Source: Desulfomonilia bacterium
Lineage (GTDB): Bacteria; Desulfobacterota; Desulfomonilia; UBA1062
DNA length: 64,000 nucleotides
Direction: 5' to 3'
Assembly (NCBI GenBank): GCA_050014195.1
Contig: JBEKDT010000007.1
Location: 96,001 to 160,000 of the forward strand
Numbering within the stretch: position 1 is the stretch's first letter; the number at the start of each line of letters is the position of its first letter. Made by a program: the position numbers and the translations under genes. The notes below the pieces were generated by a model. It saw only the letters and a program-made list of their open reading frames with translations. It was not told where the DNA came from and searched no databases. Of this stretch, positions 20,022 to 29,637 are shown in pieces.

Positions 20022-21272
20022 ATGATTAAACTTGCAATAATGAGTGATCTTCATGTGGGACTGGCAGCTCGGTCAAAAGATCTCTGCCCTAAGCCATCTA
20101 ATACACAAAAGAACCGCCTCGCTAGATACAACAGAAAAATTGAAGATGCTTTTAAGCATAATTTTATCAAATTCGTTAAGGACAAGAATAACGAGATCTC
20201 TGCAGACTACCTTGTTCTTCCCGGAGATATTACCAGTGAAGCGAAACCGCCAGAAGTTCAACTCGCTTCAGAATTTATACTACAGGCAGCCGATGCTCTT
20301 GGTGTGGCACCCCATAAGATTGTTTTTGCTCCCGGAAATCACGACGTGGACTGGTCTGTGATCGATCCAAGTGATAATACAGGAGTGAGGTGGAGACAAA
20401 GATATACTCCAATAGGTGATGAAGGCTTTCATTTTAAGAAACTTGTGGACAAAGGAGAAGGTGACGTTTTCTCAACCCCGTATTTTGTAGCATGGAACTT
20501 TGATGATCTCCTTGTCGTTAGCTACAACTCGGCCAGCCATGATTCTCCCATTCACAAAGATGCTGCACATCATGGTCTTGCAGACCCTGATCATATTAAA
20601 AAGCTCCGTGATTACCTCACGGGTATAGGAACTGCGGATACTAGATTTCGTATTTTCATTGTTCACCATCACGTACATGATTTCAGCATGCCTATACCCC
20701 GCGACCCCGATTTCAGCCTAATGACAAATGCTGAAAGCCTGCTGACTCTTCTTCATGAGAGTTGTTTTGACATGCTCATACATGGTCACAGGCATCATCC
20801 ACGTTTCGAAACTCACAGCACTCAAACTTATCCTCATCTCCCAATCCTTTGTTCCGGCAGTTTCTCTGTCGAGATCGACACCCGATGGACGGGAACTATA
20901 GATAATCAGTTTCATTTAGTAACAATAAATGAGAGATCAGGGTGCGAGAACCAAATCACAGGTAAGATAACAAGTTGGGCATATAATCACTCCAGAAAAT
21001 GGTTTCCGAGTGAAGAATCAACAAGTGGCATTCACCACATTATTCCTTTTGGAAGCTATGTAATGCCTCATGAACTTGATGCACGTCTCGAGCCCTTCAT
21101 TAGACATTGGCTGACTAATCATGAATATATACTATGGAGGCATATTGTTGAAAATTTCCCAGAATTGGAACACCTCCCTCTTAGCAGTGCAATTGCGGCA
21201 TTTGATAGGATAGCAAGTCTTTTTAATAGGAAGAGCATGCATAAAACCTTAAATGATCTTATTCTATACTAG
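20022..21272 (+). CDS. Calcineurin-like metallophosphoesterase
   Basis: SDLH, PGD, PGNHD, HHH and HGHRH metal-binding motifs; C-terminal extension. Confidence 0.9.
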   Translation: MIKLAIMSDLHVGLAARSKDLCPKPSNTQKNRLARYNRKIEDAFKHNFIKFVKDKNNEISADYLVLPGDITSEAKPPEVQLASEFILQAADALGVAPHKIVFAPGNHDVDWSVIDPSDNTGVRWRQRYTPIGDEGFHFKKLVDKGEGDVFSTPYFVAWNFDDLLVVSYNSASHDSPIHKDAAHHGLADPDHIKKLRDYLTGIGTADTRFRIFIVHHHVHDFSMPIPRDPDFSLMTNAESLLTLLHESCFDMLIHGHRHHPRFETHSTQTYPHLPILCSGSFSVEIDTRWTGTIDNQFHLVTINERSGCENQITGKITSWAYNHSRKWFPSEESTSGIHHIIPFGSYVMPHELDARLEPFIRHWLTNHEYILWRHIVENFPELEHLPLSSAIAAFDRIASLFNRKSMHKTLNDLILY

Positions 21273-21284
21273 GAGAGTCAAGCT

Positions 21285-23168
21285 ATGGGAAACGAACTAC
21301 CAAAACATAGACGAAACCTCTTCGAAATCGAGAATGCACGGAATCTATCTAGGCAAGAATTAGTTGATACTTTCATACCCACACAATCGTTTTGGCGCCT
21401 TCTATCAGCAAAACATCATGTGGTTTTTGGGGCTCGTGGCCAAGGCAAAACAGCGTTGGCAAAAATGTTGTCCCATGACCATCTCGCCTTAATGGCACAG
21501 AGACGAGATGAACCACGCGCTCGATCAGCTGTTATCAATCAGGAATTTATCGGGATCTACCTTCCTACACGTCTAGAATGGGTTGGGGGCTTGAAAAATA
21601 AGCCTTGGTTGAACGAGAGGGAACAAGAAGAATTCTTCCAGTGGCATCTCAATATAGCCAGTTGTATAGCTTTTACTCCAATAGCAAGGAGCTGTATTAA
21701 TACTTATATTGAGGGAAAAGCAAAGCAAGCGGAAGCCGAAAGAGAATTATCGCTACAACTATCTAGAGATTGGATAAATAGACAGGAAAACAAATTCGAT
21801 GACCTTCTGCAACTTCGACGCCATTTGGAGTATACTGACTATCAAAAGCATATTCAGATCCTGCACAAACGAGCGACAAACCAAATCACTGAAGGTGATA
21901 TATCAGAGGGAATTGCTTTTGCTACTGACCTCTTTTCTCCTTTGAGACAAGGAATACGGCGACTTTCACATCTTCTTTCAATAAACACTAATTGCTCATG
22001 GCTTCTCTGCATTGATGAAGCAGAGTTCCTTGATAAGATTTATCAACGTATAATAAATTCACACATGCGTGCCTACCCAGATAACTTATTCATTAAAATG
22101 ACAACCATGCCATACTGCCATTATACGCTTGCAACAAATATTGGACCGGACTTGGTAAATGGACAAGACTTTGAATATTTGAATATGTACTCAGACCGGG
22201 TTTTTGAAGCCCGTGCTGATGGAGAAAATGAAACAATTGGGACGCTATTTGGTAGGACTCTCTTCAATAAACTTATCGATGCCTCTGATATCCAATTTCT
22301 AGATTCATATCATAGGGAGCCACCGAATATTATGGATGTTTTAGGCGAGAGCAAAATACTCGATCCACATCGCGAAAACTGGGGTGTTGAATCTGAAAAT
22401 ATGAAATTACTAGAAAAGTATGCATCACAAGAGACTGTTGCTCGTGCGAATAAGTTGGCCGGAACTAGTAGATTCCGTGATGAGATAAGTAGGAAAATAC
22501 ATGGTGCATTGTTGCTCCGCAAAGAGGTTGACGAATGGAGAGGAAACAAAGCGTTAAAGGTATATTCTGGAGCAAGGATGGCCATTCGTTGCGCAGATGG
22601 CAACCCAAGATACTTAATCAGGATATTTAATGCACTTCTTATGATTCGTACTAAGAAACAAAAGGCCCTTATGGCTAAAGGGCTCAAAGTGAACAAAATT
22701 TCAGCAATGGATCAAACTCGTGCCATACGTACATTATCTTCTAATACATTGAACCAAGTGAGCGGGTTTGTTGATATCGGACCTGAATTATACTCGTTTA
22801 TCTGCATGCTTGGTGAGTATATGAAAGATTCTCTCTATGAGAAACCGCTAACTACTGATCAAATAACCTCGGTAATAATTGATGATACTTTGTCGGAAAA
22901 AGAGTTGGAACTCATACACGCCGCAGTAGGTAATGGTCTCTTACATCCGAACGTTAATAGTTCGAATCCAGACGAAATGCCTTTGCGAGAAGGAACGTAT
23001 CGTCTGACCTATACTCTCGCACCTCATTTTCTTCTTTTGCCAAGACGTGGGAAAGCAGCAACACTCTCAACAATCAAAAAGTTCAACAATATGGTACGAA
23101 AAAAGAAATATCCATTAAAGAGTATTGAGCATGATCAACTTTCCTTGTTCGATGTAGGAGATAAATAA
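21285..23168 (+). CDS. ORC/CDC6-like (STAND-related) P-loop ATPase
   Basis: Walker A GARGQGKT, Walker B LLCIDEAE, GQDF and DGNPRYLI motifs, probable C-terminal wHTH. Confidence 0.75.
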   Translation: MGNELPKHRRNLFEIENARNLSRQELVDTFIPTQSFWRLLSAKHHVVFGARGQGKTALAKMLSHDHLALMAQRRDEPRARSAVINQEFIGIYLPTRLEWVGGLKNKPWLNEREQEEFFQWHLNIASCIAFTPIARSCINTYIEGKAKQAEAERELSLQLSRDWINRQENKFDDLLQLRRHLEYTDYQKHIQILHKRATNQITEGDISEGIAFATDLFSPLRQGIRRLSHLLSINTNCSWLLCIDEAEFLDKIYQRIINSHMRAYPDNLFIKMTTMPYCHYTLATNIGPDLVNGQDFEYLNMYSDRVFEARADGENETIGTLFGRTLFNKLIDASDIQFLDSYHREPPNIMDVLGESKILDPHRENWGVESENMKLLEKYASQETVARANKLAGTSRFRDEISRKIHGALLLRKEVDEWRGNKALKVYSGARMAIRCADGNPRYLIRIFNALLMIRTKKQKALMAKGLKVNKISAMDQTRAIRTLSSNTLNQVSGFVDIGPELYSFICMLGEYMKDSLYEKPLTTDQITSVIIDDTLSEKELELIHAAVGNGLLHPNVNSSNPDEMPLREGTYRLTYTLAPHFLLLPRRGKAATLSTIKKFNNMVRKKKYPLKSIEHDQLSLFDVGDK

Positions 23169-24115
23169 TGAGATCTATCCAAGTGATCGATACTGATTTT
23201 GATTCAGTGTGCGAGGAACGATACGATGTCTCATTGTTCTCCAGCGGATATGAATCGAGATGTATTCATATACCCCATTTCATCAATCCCTGTACAGTTA
23301 CTAACCCGCTTGTTTTAGGTTTCATGGAGGAACCACATTCAGGAAAAAGAGATGATAATGATAAGTTTTATCGAGAACAATGGAATCTTGACCCCCTTCC
23401 ATTGAGCAGAGATGACGAGAAGCCAATCTATGAGCATCTTTACAAACACACACGTTTACATCAAGTTAAACGTCCCATTAAGATCCTTATGGACTATTCA
23501 TCCATGTCACGCCTCTGGTATGCTGCGGTTCTGAACTGGGCTCGTTTGGGAACCTGCCCCAAGGATATAATTATTGATTTCATATACTCAATGGGCAGAT
23601 ATGAGGAGGATGAGAATCAGCCTATGGTTATCCGTGGAGACATGCCTTCCATACCTGGATGTGAAGGTCGTGCTTATCGTTTACGAGAGTCAGTTGCAGT
23701 CTTTGGGCTTGGATCTCATGGGATGACCGCTCTTAGTGTTCTTGATCGGCTTGAGGCAGACACTGTATATACCTTTCTGGCTATAGGTGGATCATCGGAA
23801 CATATAGAGAAGATAAGAAATAACAACAAAGAACTTATAAATAGCCATAAAACAAAAGGTAATCTCGAATTACCCTTGGCAAGCGTAGAGAACTGTTACC
23901 GCCATCTCGCGGAGACCATTGCACCCCATCGGCCTGACGGAGAAATAACGCTTGTACCAATGGGACCCAAACCGCATATTCTAGCCTCAATCCTTGTTGC
24001 AATGCGTTTTCAGGAAGTCGCTTGTCTTCGAGTCAGCGGCGCGCCTGCCCCACAAGATGTAAATCCTACAGGTGACATTGTGGCAACACGTGTAATTGTG
24101 AGAGGGGAACCTTAA
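23168..24115 (+). CDS. Hypothetical Rossmann-like protein (CARF-like by motif)
   Basis: Overlaps the ATPase stop (TAATG); GYESR, DYSSM and LVPMGPKPH motifs; fold assignment is inference. Confidence 0.6.
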   Translation: MRSIQVIDTDFDSVCEERYDVSLFSSGYESRCIHIPHFINPCTVTNPLVLGFMEEPHSGKRDDNDKFYREQWNLDPLPLSRDDEKPIYEHLYKHTRLHQVKRPIKILMDYSSMSRLWYAAVLNWARLGTCPKDIIIDFIYSMGRYEEDENQPMVIRGDMPSIPGCEGRAYRLRESVAVFGLGSHGMTALSVLDRLEADTVYTFLAIGGSSEHIEKIRNNNKELINSHKTKGNLELPLASVENCYRHLAETIAPHRPDGEITLVPMGPKPHILASILVAMRFQEVACLRVSGAPAPQDVNPTGDIVATRVIVRGEP

Positions 24116-24426
24116 TAAGTTCAAGTTCATAGAATATTTCAGGTGTTATTAGCTCATTGAACTGAAAGACAGATTACAATAAGATCCCGCATAAATATAA
24201 GTACATATATCTGCAATTGATGATCGCTTTCAAGATGACTTGAAAAGTATAGGTTGTCGGAATATATCTGTGCTTTTAGGGCATTATGTATGGTCTATAG
24301 ATAATGGCACGTAATGTTATTATTTTGGCATTTGAAAATTAAGAAATTATTGGTCTCCTGCTATCGAATGCACCAGCCCATCAAAATACGGAATGGGCAT
24401 TATCTACCAGAATAGTGCCTATTGAT

Positions 24427-25152
24427 CTATATCAGTTTATCCTGCTTAGAAACCCAACCTTGCAAGACCCTGGTTATGGTTTGTATATCCTCTGAGATGA
24501 GGCTCTCCTGCTGCTTTGAGAGGTATGTTGTGAGATACTTTATATTGACCACAGTGATTCCTTTAACCGGCATACGAACTATTACAAATGCCCGAGTAAA
24601 ACAGAGGATTGGCTTTACTGCCCATTCCCTTGAAGTCTGCCTCTTAAGAAAATCTCTGAGTTGATAGGTTTGGCTCCATGTCTGGTTCAAGAAATTCTTA
24701 GGAGGTTGAACACCATCCAATAAGAGGGTATCACCTTGGGCATCAATTTTTCCTTTATGGCTCTTTGTTTCCACAAGAAAGATCCCACCTGGACCTACCG
24801 CAACATGATCTATGTTAAAGCCATCGAATGCAATGTCATGAAAAACATGATAGCCCTCCGGAAGATTCATGAGCCTTTCAGCAACCACTTCTTCAGCACA
24901 GGCACCACGATCAGCATCTTTTGCTCTCTTCTTTATGTAAAGACCTTTCTTTTCTATGTGATCTGCAACCAGTTTGATAACAACGGCAAGGATTATAGCG
25001 GCAGGAAACCCAAGTTTGACCACGGTATTAAGGTTGGAGAGTAATAGAAGACCTATAATAAAGAGCAAAGCCGCGTAGATTGTCACCTTCTTATAACGCT
25101 GCTGAGCCATTTCACGAGCGTTTTTTCCGGCTGTTCCGTGACTGTTCATCAT
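24427..25152 (-). CDS. Membrane-anchored NERD-domain nuclease
   Basis: Two TMs, then GACAEE..FHD..NIDHVAVGPGGIFLVETK. Confidence 0.85.
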   Translation of the reverse strand: MMNSHGTAGKNAREMAQQRYKKVTIYAALLFIIGLLLLSNLNTVVKLGFPAAIILAVVIKLVADHIEKKGLYIKKRAKDADRGACAEEVVAERLMNLPEGYHVFHDIAFDGFNIDHVAVGPGGIFLVETKSHKGKIDAQGDTLLLDGVQPPKNFLNQTWSQTYQLRDFLKRQTSREWAVKPILCFTRAFVIVRMPVKGITVVNIKYLTTYLSKQQESLISEDIQTITRVLQGWVSKQDKLI

Positions 25153-25213
25153 GCTCTATCCCTGCTTATAAGTTAAGGTTCACCATAAAGGCAGATACAT
25201 TATATCGGCATAT

Positions 25214-25242
25214 AAAAAAATCAGGTCAATTACTGACCTGAT
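25214..25242 (-). terminator. Intrinsic terminator (minus strand)
   Basis: 9-bp stem ATCAGGTCA-ATTAC-TGACCTGAT followed by a T-run on the minus strand. Confidence 0.65.
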
Positions 25243-25642
25243 AAAGAGGAGGTTCTATGGAGATGAATCTTGAAGAACCTATATTCCTCATCGACGTGAA
25301 TCGGTTTCGCAGTGCCCGGTTATTATCACTCAAGTTCTTTAGTTTTCACAATCCCAGTGAGCCCAGAATTCAAACGTGAGGGTATAGGGAAGCATCCTCG
25401 CGACACAGCATGAAAGCACGTCCACATGTGATTGATTGTTTGGATGCCCCCCTGCGATCAATTTAATGCAATGCAATGGTTATAGGATAATGAGCGGGAG
25501 GGGAAAGTCAAATGAGTAATGGTTATGGTTGCGGATATTCAGTATAGGGGAAGCGCAGCAGGAAGCACGGGATCTTCAGGAGGGGTCAACCAGAAACTAC
25601 CTCAAGTAATATTTAATTATTCAACCAGTCATAATCTGGTTT

Positions 25643-26905
25643 TCAGTAAGCCTTAACGATGGGCAATTCTGCCCATGAAGTGGTAAACCTTGCAGATTTT
25701 CTTGTTTGCCTCATCCACCAGGGCCTCGTGAATCCAGAGGCAGCATGAATAAGTGTTCCTCTTCCCCATCGTCGATTGACTTCATCCATGGTCTTCATAA
25801 GGGCTAATTCTCTTTCTCCCTCTCGTGAAGAATGGAACAGGTTCATTTGTACCTGGCCACGCTGTACGATGCCTGAGAGCATGACTCCAACCTTCCGATA
25901 GGCAGGACCCTTGTGATAGACACGTTTCAAGAGAGCCTTGGAGTAACGGATAAGATCAGGGGTGTAGGCTGTTGCCACAGGTATGGCCGTAGAACAGATA
26001 CGGGTTTTGGGGTGCCCATCATTGAACGGGAATTCCATGAGTATTACCTGGATAAATGATGCCGCTGAGTTCTGTTCACGAAGCTTTTCCGCTGCCCTGG
26101 CAATATATGCTGCTGCAGCCTCCTTGAGTTCATCAAGACTATATACCTTGCGCCCGAAGGATCTGGAACACATGATGGATTTCTTTGGCTGCACTGCTTC
26201 ATCAAGAGGAATGCAAGATGTACCTCTCAACTCCATAACCGTACGCAGTCCAACAATGGTCATGTGTTTTTTCACCCATTCATCTGGTGTATTTCTCAGA
26301 TCCAAAGCTGTTAGGATTCCATGACGTCTGAGGAGTTTTGCATATTGCCAGCCGATGCCCCAGATGTCTCCCACTTCGATATCGGCCAGGGATTCTTCAA
26401 TCCGGTTTGAGATATCGAACACCCCTTCATGCTTAGGCACTTTCTTAGCGATCTTTCCCGCTATTTTAGCCAGGGTTTTTGATGGACCTATACCTACTGA
26501 CACAGGTATGTGAGTGCTTATCTTTACGGTTTCCCTTATGGTCGTCCCATATTTGGTGAGGTCACCAGGTATGCCATCAAGATCCAGGAAGGCTTCATCT
26601 ATGCTGTATATCTCCATGTCCGGAGAGAATGTTGAGAGTATCTCCATGACCCGGCGTGACATGTCACCATACAAAGGGAAATTCGATGAGAAGACATACA
26701 CCTTGTGCTTAGTTATGAGATTCTGGCACTGATGAATGGGCTCGCCCATCTTGATGCCGAGACCCTTGGCTTCGTTGGACCTGGCAATGATACATCCGTC
26801 ATTATTACTGAGCACTACAACCGGCTTATTCTCAAGGTTAGGGCAGAAAATACGCTCACAGGAGGCGTAGAAGTTGTTACAGTCAATGAGGGCAACTCTG
26901 TTCAT
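25643..26905 (-). CDS. umuC: Y-family DNA polymerase V subunit UmuC
   Basis: DCNNFYASCE, VVLSNNDGC, YSIDEAF, SRSFG, C-terminal W.MR...S.RFTT.W. Confidence 0.95.
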   Translation of the reverse strand: MNRVALIDCNNFYASCERIFCPNLENKPVVVLSNNDGCIIARSNEAKGLGIKMGEPIHQCQNLITKHKVYVFSSNFPLYGDMSRRVMEILSTFSPDMEIYSIDEAFLDLDGIPGDLTKYGTTIRETVKISTHIPVSVGIGPSKTLAKIAGKIAKKVPKHEGVFDISNRIEESLADIEVGDIWGIGWQYAKLLRRHGILTALDLRNTPDEWVKKHMTIVGLRTVMELRGTSCIPLDEAVQPKKSIMCSRSFGRKVYSLDELKEAAAAYIARAAEKLREQNSAASFIQVILMEFPFNDGHPKTRICSTAIPVATAYTPDLIRYSKALLKRVYHKGPAYRKVGVMLSGIVQRGQVQMNLFHSSREGERELALMKTMDEVNRRWGRGTLIHAASGFTRPWWMRQTRKSARFTTSWAELPIVKAY

Positions 26906-26907
26906 GC

Positions 26908-27369
26908 TTACTTTGTCTTACGGAATATATGCAGTCCGCTCGTAACCACACCCCTTACTTCAAGGTCCATATTGTCCGTGATTTCGATAGGCGGGTATTT
27001 AGGATTCCCTGCAAGCAAGAAGCACTTCTTGTTATCAGGCTGACAATGGAACGTCTTGACCACAAACTCTCCATTGATCATAGCAATCACAACATCACCG
27101 GACTTAGGTTGGAGTGACCAGTCCACGATGAGGATATCTCCGGATTGAATACCAGCTTCAATCATGGAATCCCCTTCAACCCTTACAAAATACGTAGCTG
27201 CAGGATGAGCTATAAGAAACTCGTTCAGATCGAGATGCTTATCAATGTTATCCTCAGCAGGAGAGGGAAACCCAGCTGATATACGTACCTGATATAGAGG
27301 CAGCTCAAGCCTGGTCTTTGGTTCATAGTCCCATATCTCAGTGACATGCATTTCATTGGTCCTGGTCAT
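26908..27369 (-). CDS. umuD: UmuD (S24 peptidase)
   Basis: SAGFPSPA, VEGDSM and VVK catalytic motifs; adjacent to umuC. Confidence 0.95.
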   Translation of the reverse strand: MTRTNEMHVTEIWDYEPKTRLELPLYQVRISAGFPSPAEDNIDKHLDLNEFLIAHPAATYFVRVEGDSMIEAGIQSGDILIVDWSLQPKSGDVVIAMINGEFVVKTFHCQPDNKKCFLLAGNPKYPPIEITDNMDLEVRGVVTSGLHIFRKTK

Positions 27370-27496
27370 AGGGTAAAGATTCTATCACTCCACCGGATCA
27401 GAGTAAAGGATGGGACAGAAGAGAATACAATAGCTGTATGGACTTTTCAAAGGACCCTGATATCTATAGGTGTATCAACAGGAGGTAAAGAAAACC

Positions 27497-28171
27497 ATGT
27501 GTGGCAGATTCATCCAGATATCTGATCCCGAGAAGATAAAGGTCAGTATCCCTGACCTGGAGATAGATGATACTGTGCGTGAGAAGTTCAAGCAGCACTA
27601 TAACATTGCCCCTACTCAGGACATCCTCACAGTGTTGAATACCTATCCTCCCAAACTTACTTTCACCCATTGGGGTCTGGTGCCTTTCTGGGCAAAGGAT
27701 AAGAATATCGGATACAAGATGATCAATGCCAGAGCTGAAACCCTTATGACAAAGCAATCATTCCGAGAACCACTAAAGAAACGTAGGTGCATAGTCTTCT
27801 CTGATGGGTTCTATGAATGGAGTGTGGATAAATCAAAGACACCTTACTTCATTCATATGAGATCCGGAGAGCCGTTTGCTTTTGCCAGCCTATGGGATCA
27901 TTGGACTGATAAGGAGACTGGTGAGACTATCAACTCAAGCACCATCATCACTACAGAGGCCAATCCACTTATAGTTGGAATCCATAACAGGATGCCAACT
28001 ATACTTGATCCTGATCATTACCAGGTGTGGCTGTCTCCTGAACCTGTTCCACAACAATTACTGTTGGAATGTCTCCATCCGTATCCACATGAGAAGATGG
28101 AAGCATATGAGATCTCAAGGCTAGTAAACAGTCCACGAAATGATTCAGCGGAGATCATTAAGCCAATTTGA
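27497..28171 (+). CDS. SOS response-associated peptidase (SRAP/YedK/HMCES)
   Basis: N-terminal MCGRF after GGAGG, YNIAPTQ, INARAET, GFYEW, IHNRMP. Confidence 0.93.
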   Translation: MCGRFIQISDPEKIKVSIPDLEIDDTVREKFKQHYNIAPTQDILTVLNTYPPKLTFTHWGLVPFWAKDKNIGYKMINARAETLMTKQSFREPLKKRRCIVFSDGFYEWSVDKSKTPYFIHMRSGEPFAFASLWDHWTDKETGETINSSTIITTEANPLIVGIHNRMPTILDPDHYQVWLSPEPVPQQLLLECLHPYPHEKMEAYEISRLVNSPRNDSAEIIKPI

Positions 28172-28191
28172 GATGTTTAAAAAATGAGGAC

Positions 28192-28241
28192 CGGGGCGAA
28201 GCCCCGCCGGCGCTAGGAGAGTAGTGGGGGCTTACGCCCCC
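28192..28241. terminator. Double GC hairpin between convergent genes
   Basis: CGGGGC-GAA-GCCCCG (28192-28206) and GGGGGC-TTAC-GCCCCC (28226-28241). Confidence 0.5.
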
Positions 28242-28248
28242 TTCAATA

Positions 28249-28818
28249 TTAAGCATACCATGAGCAATACATTTTTTCTCCTTCCTTCCATACTCCGATG
28301 CTCCCATGTTTTGAGGGTATGTAATGATGGATATTGTCATCTGAACCCATGTAAACCTGTATTGTCTTGGTTATGGGGTCACCGGTGAAATGGTCAGGAT
28401 CGGGAATTGTTTGCCCACTCATAGAGCCTGTTGCTTCGACAATCTGGCCTGCTATTGGCCTTAAGGTTACCGACCGAGGGCCTATCTTGACTATCTGATA
28501 CCAATCAATATTGGTCTGATCATATCCCCATGAGTCATAGACTATCTGATCCACAGTATACGGGTTTACAAACTGCTCCCGTGCCTTCCGATTTCTTTCT
28601 ATACGGTCGGTCTTTCGTTGGTAGCGAGCATCAGCTTGTCCTTTCACATAATCGATGTACTTTCTAGCTGCAGATTCTACCTCTCCAGTTTTAAAGAAAC
28701 TAACTGAGGGCCTCCGAGCGTTCTTACGATAAACATATACGGCGATCCCATTCTCTTTCACATGATAGATGATCCTGATGTCCTTGTATGTTTCCTCTTG
28801 CCGGTTGTTCTCTTCCAT
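28249..28818 (-). CDS. Hypothetical protein (establishment/leading-region type)
   Basis: 189 aa, GGAGG RBS, SWGYDQTNIDWYQIV motif; preceded by the element also found upstream of ardC. Confidence 0.75.
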   Translation of the reverse strand: MEENNRQEETYKDIRIIYHVKENGIAVYVYRKNARRPSVSFFKTGEVESAARKYIDYVKGQADARYQRKTDRIERNRKAREQFVNPYTVDQIVYDSWGYDQTNIDWYQIVKIGPRSVTLRPIAGQIVEATGSMSGQTIPDPDHFTGDPITKTIQVYMGSDDNIHHYIPSKHGSIGVWKEGEKMYCSWYA

Positions 28819-28858
28819 GGTTCCCTCCTTAGATTTATAGCTCCTGGAGATCTTCCCC

Positions 28859-29030
28859 CAAAAACCATTTTTTTCCTGACCCCCTTCACAAAGCGCTGAG
28901 GGGTTAGAAAAAAATAAAAGGATGGTTCTGTTCTATCTTAGAAGGGACTTGTATTTAGGACCCATGGAGCGCTGCAAGCGGAGTGACAACTTCGTTGGCA
29001 TGACGGTTTTAAGGCAAGCGGAATGGGTGA
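28859..29030. repeat. Conserved structured upstream element, copy 2
   Basis: CCCCTTCACAAAGCGCTGAGGGGTTAGAAAAA hairpin and AGCGCTGCAAGCGGAGTGACAACTTCGTTGGCATGACG block. Confidence 0.75.
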
Positions 29031-29137
29031 ATGGTCCCCTGGGTCCCTGGGGAACTAGGGGGGTAGGGTAAGGGGGGGGGCGATTTTTCGGGCTTTTGCT
29101 GATCCTTAAAGATGTAGTCAATCTATCGGCTATAATA

Positions 29138-29602
29138 TTAAAGGAAGAGAGTGTCCCGAATTGGCTTTACGCTTGCTTTATTAGAGGAAGAGAGAGCTGC
29201 GCTTAGCATTCCTGGCGTGGACATTTCATGTCTATTGACGACCGAGAGGAGTTGGTCAATGTAGTCTTCAATGGTTTGACCTTCTTCGATCGATTCATAT
29301 CGGTAGGTTTCCAGCATATCACCTATCTGATCAGCAATTACCGATCTTATATCATGGATAACGCCAGCTTTTTCATCCTGGAGGGAAATCTTACTAAGAT
29401 ACCTATCTAGTTGTTTCTGAGTGAGTACCCTTTGATCTATCTTATCCAAAACTACCAGATCACGTCCCGCTGGTTCAAGAATGAGGATATCCTTGTATTT
29501 TTCTTCCTTCTGTCGGTAGAACTCTGCAAAAAGGTCCTGAGATTTTTTCTTGGATCTAACGGCCTCATTCTTTTGTTTGTATTGTAGTATTGAAGCGTTC
29601 AT
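29138..29602 (-). CDS. Hypothetical protein
   Basis: Long charged ORF, likely ATG at 29602; preceded by copy 3 of the upstream element. Confidence 0.6.
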   Translation of the reverse strand: MNASILQYKQKNEAVRSKKKSQDLFAEFYRQKEEKYKDILILEPAGRDLVVLDKIDQRVLTQKQLDRYLSKISLQDEKAGVIHDIRSVIADQIGDMLETYRYESIEEGQTIEDYIDQLLSVVNRHEMSTPGMLSAALSSSNKASVKPIRDTLFL

Positions 29603-29637
29603 AAGGTAACTCTTTTCAGTCTTCAAAAATGTTCCCC

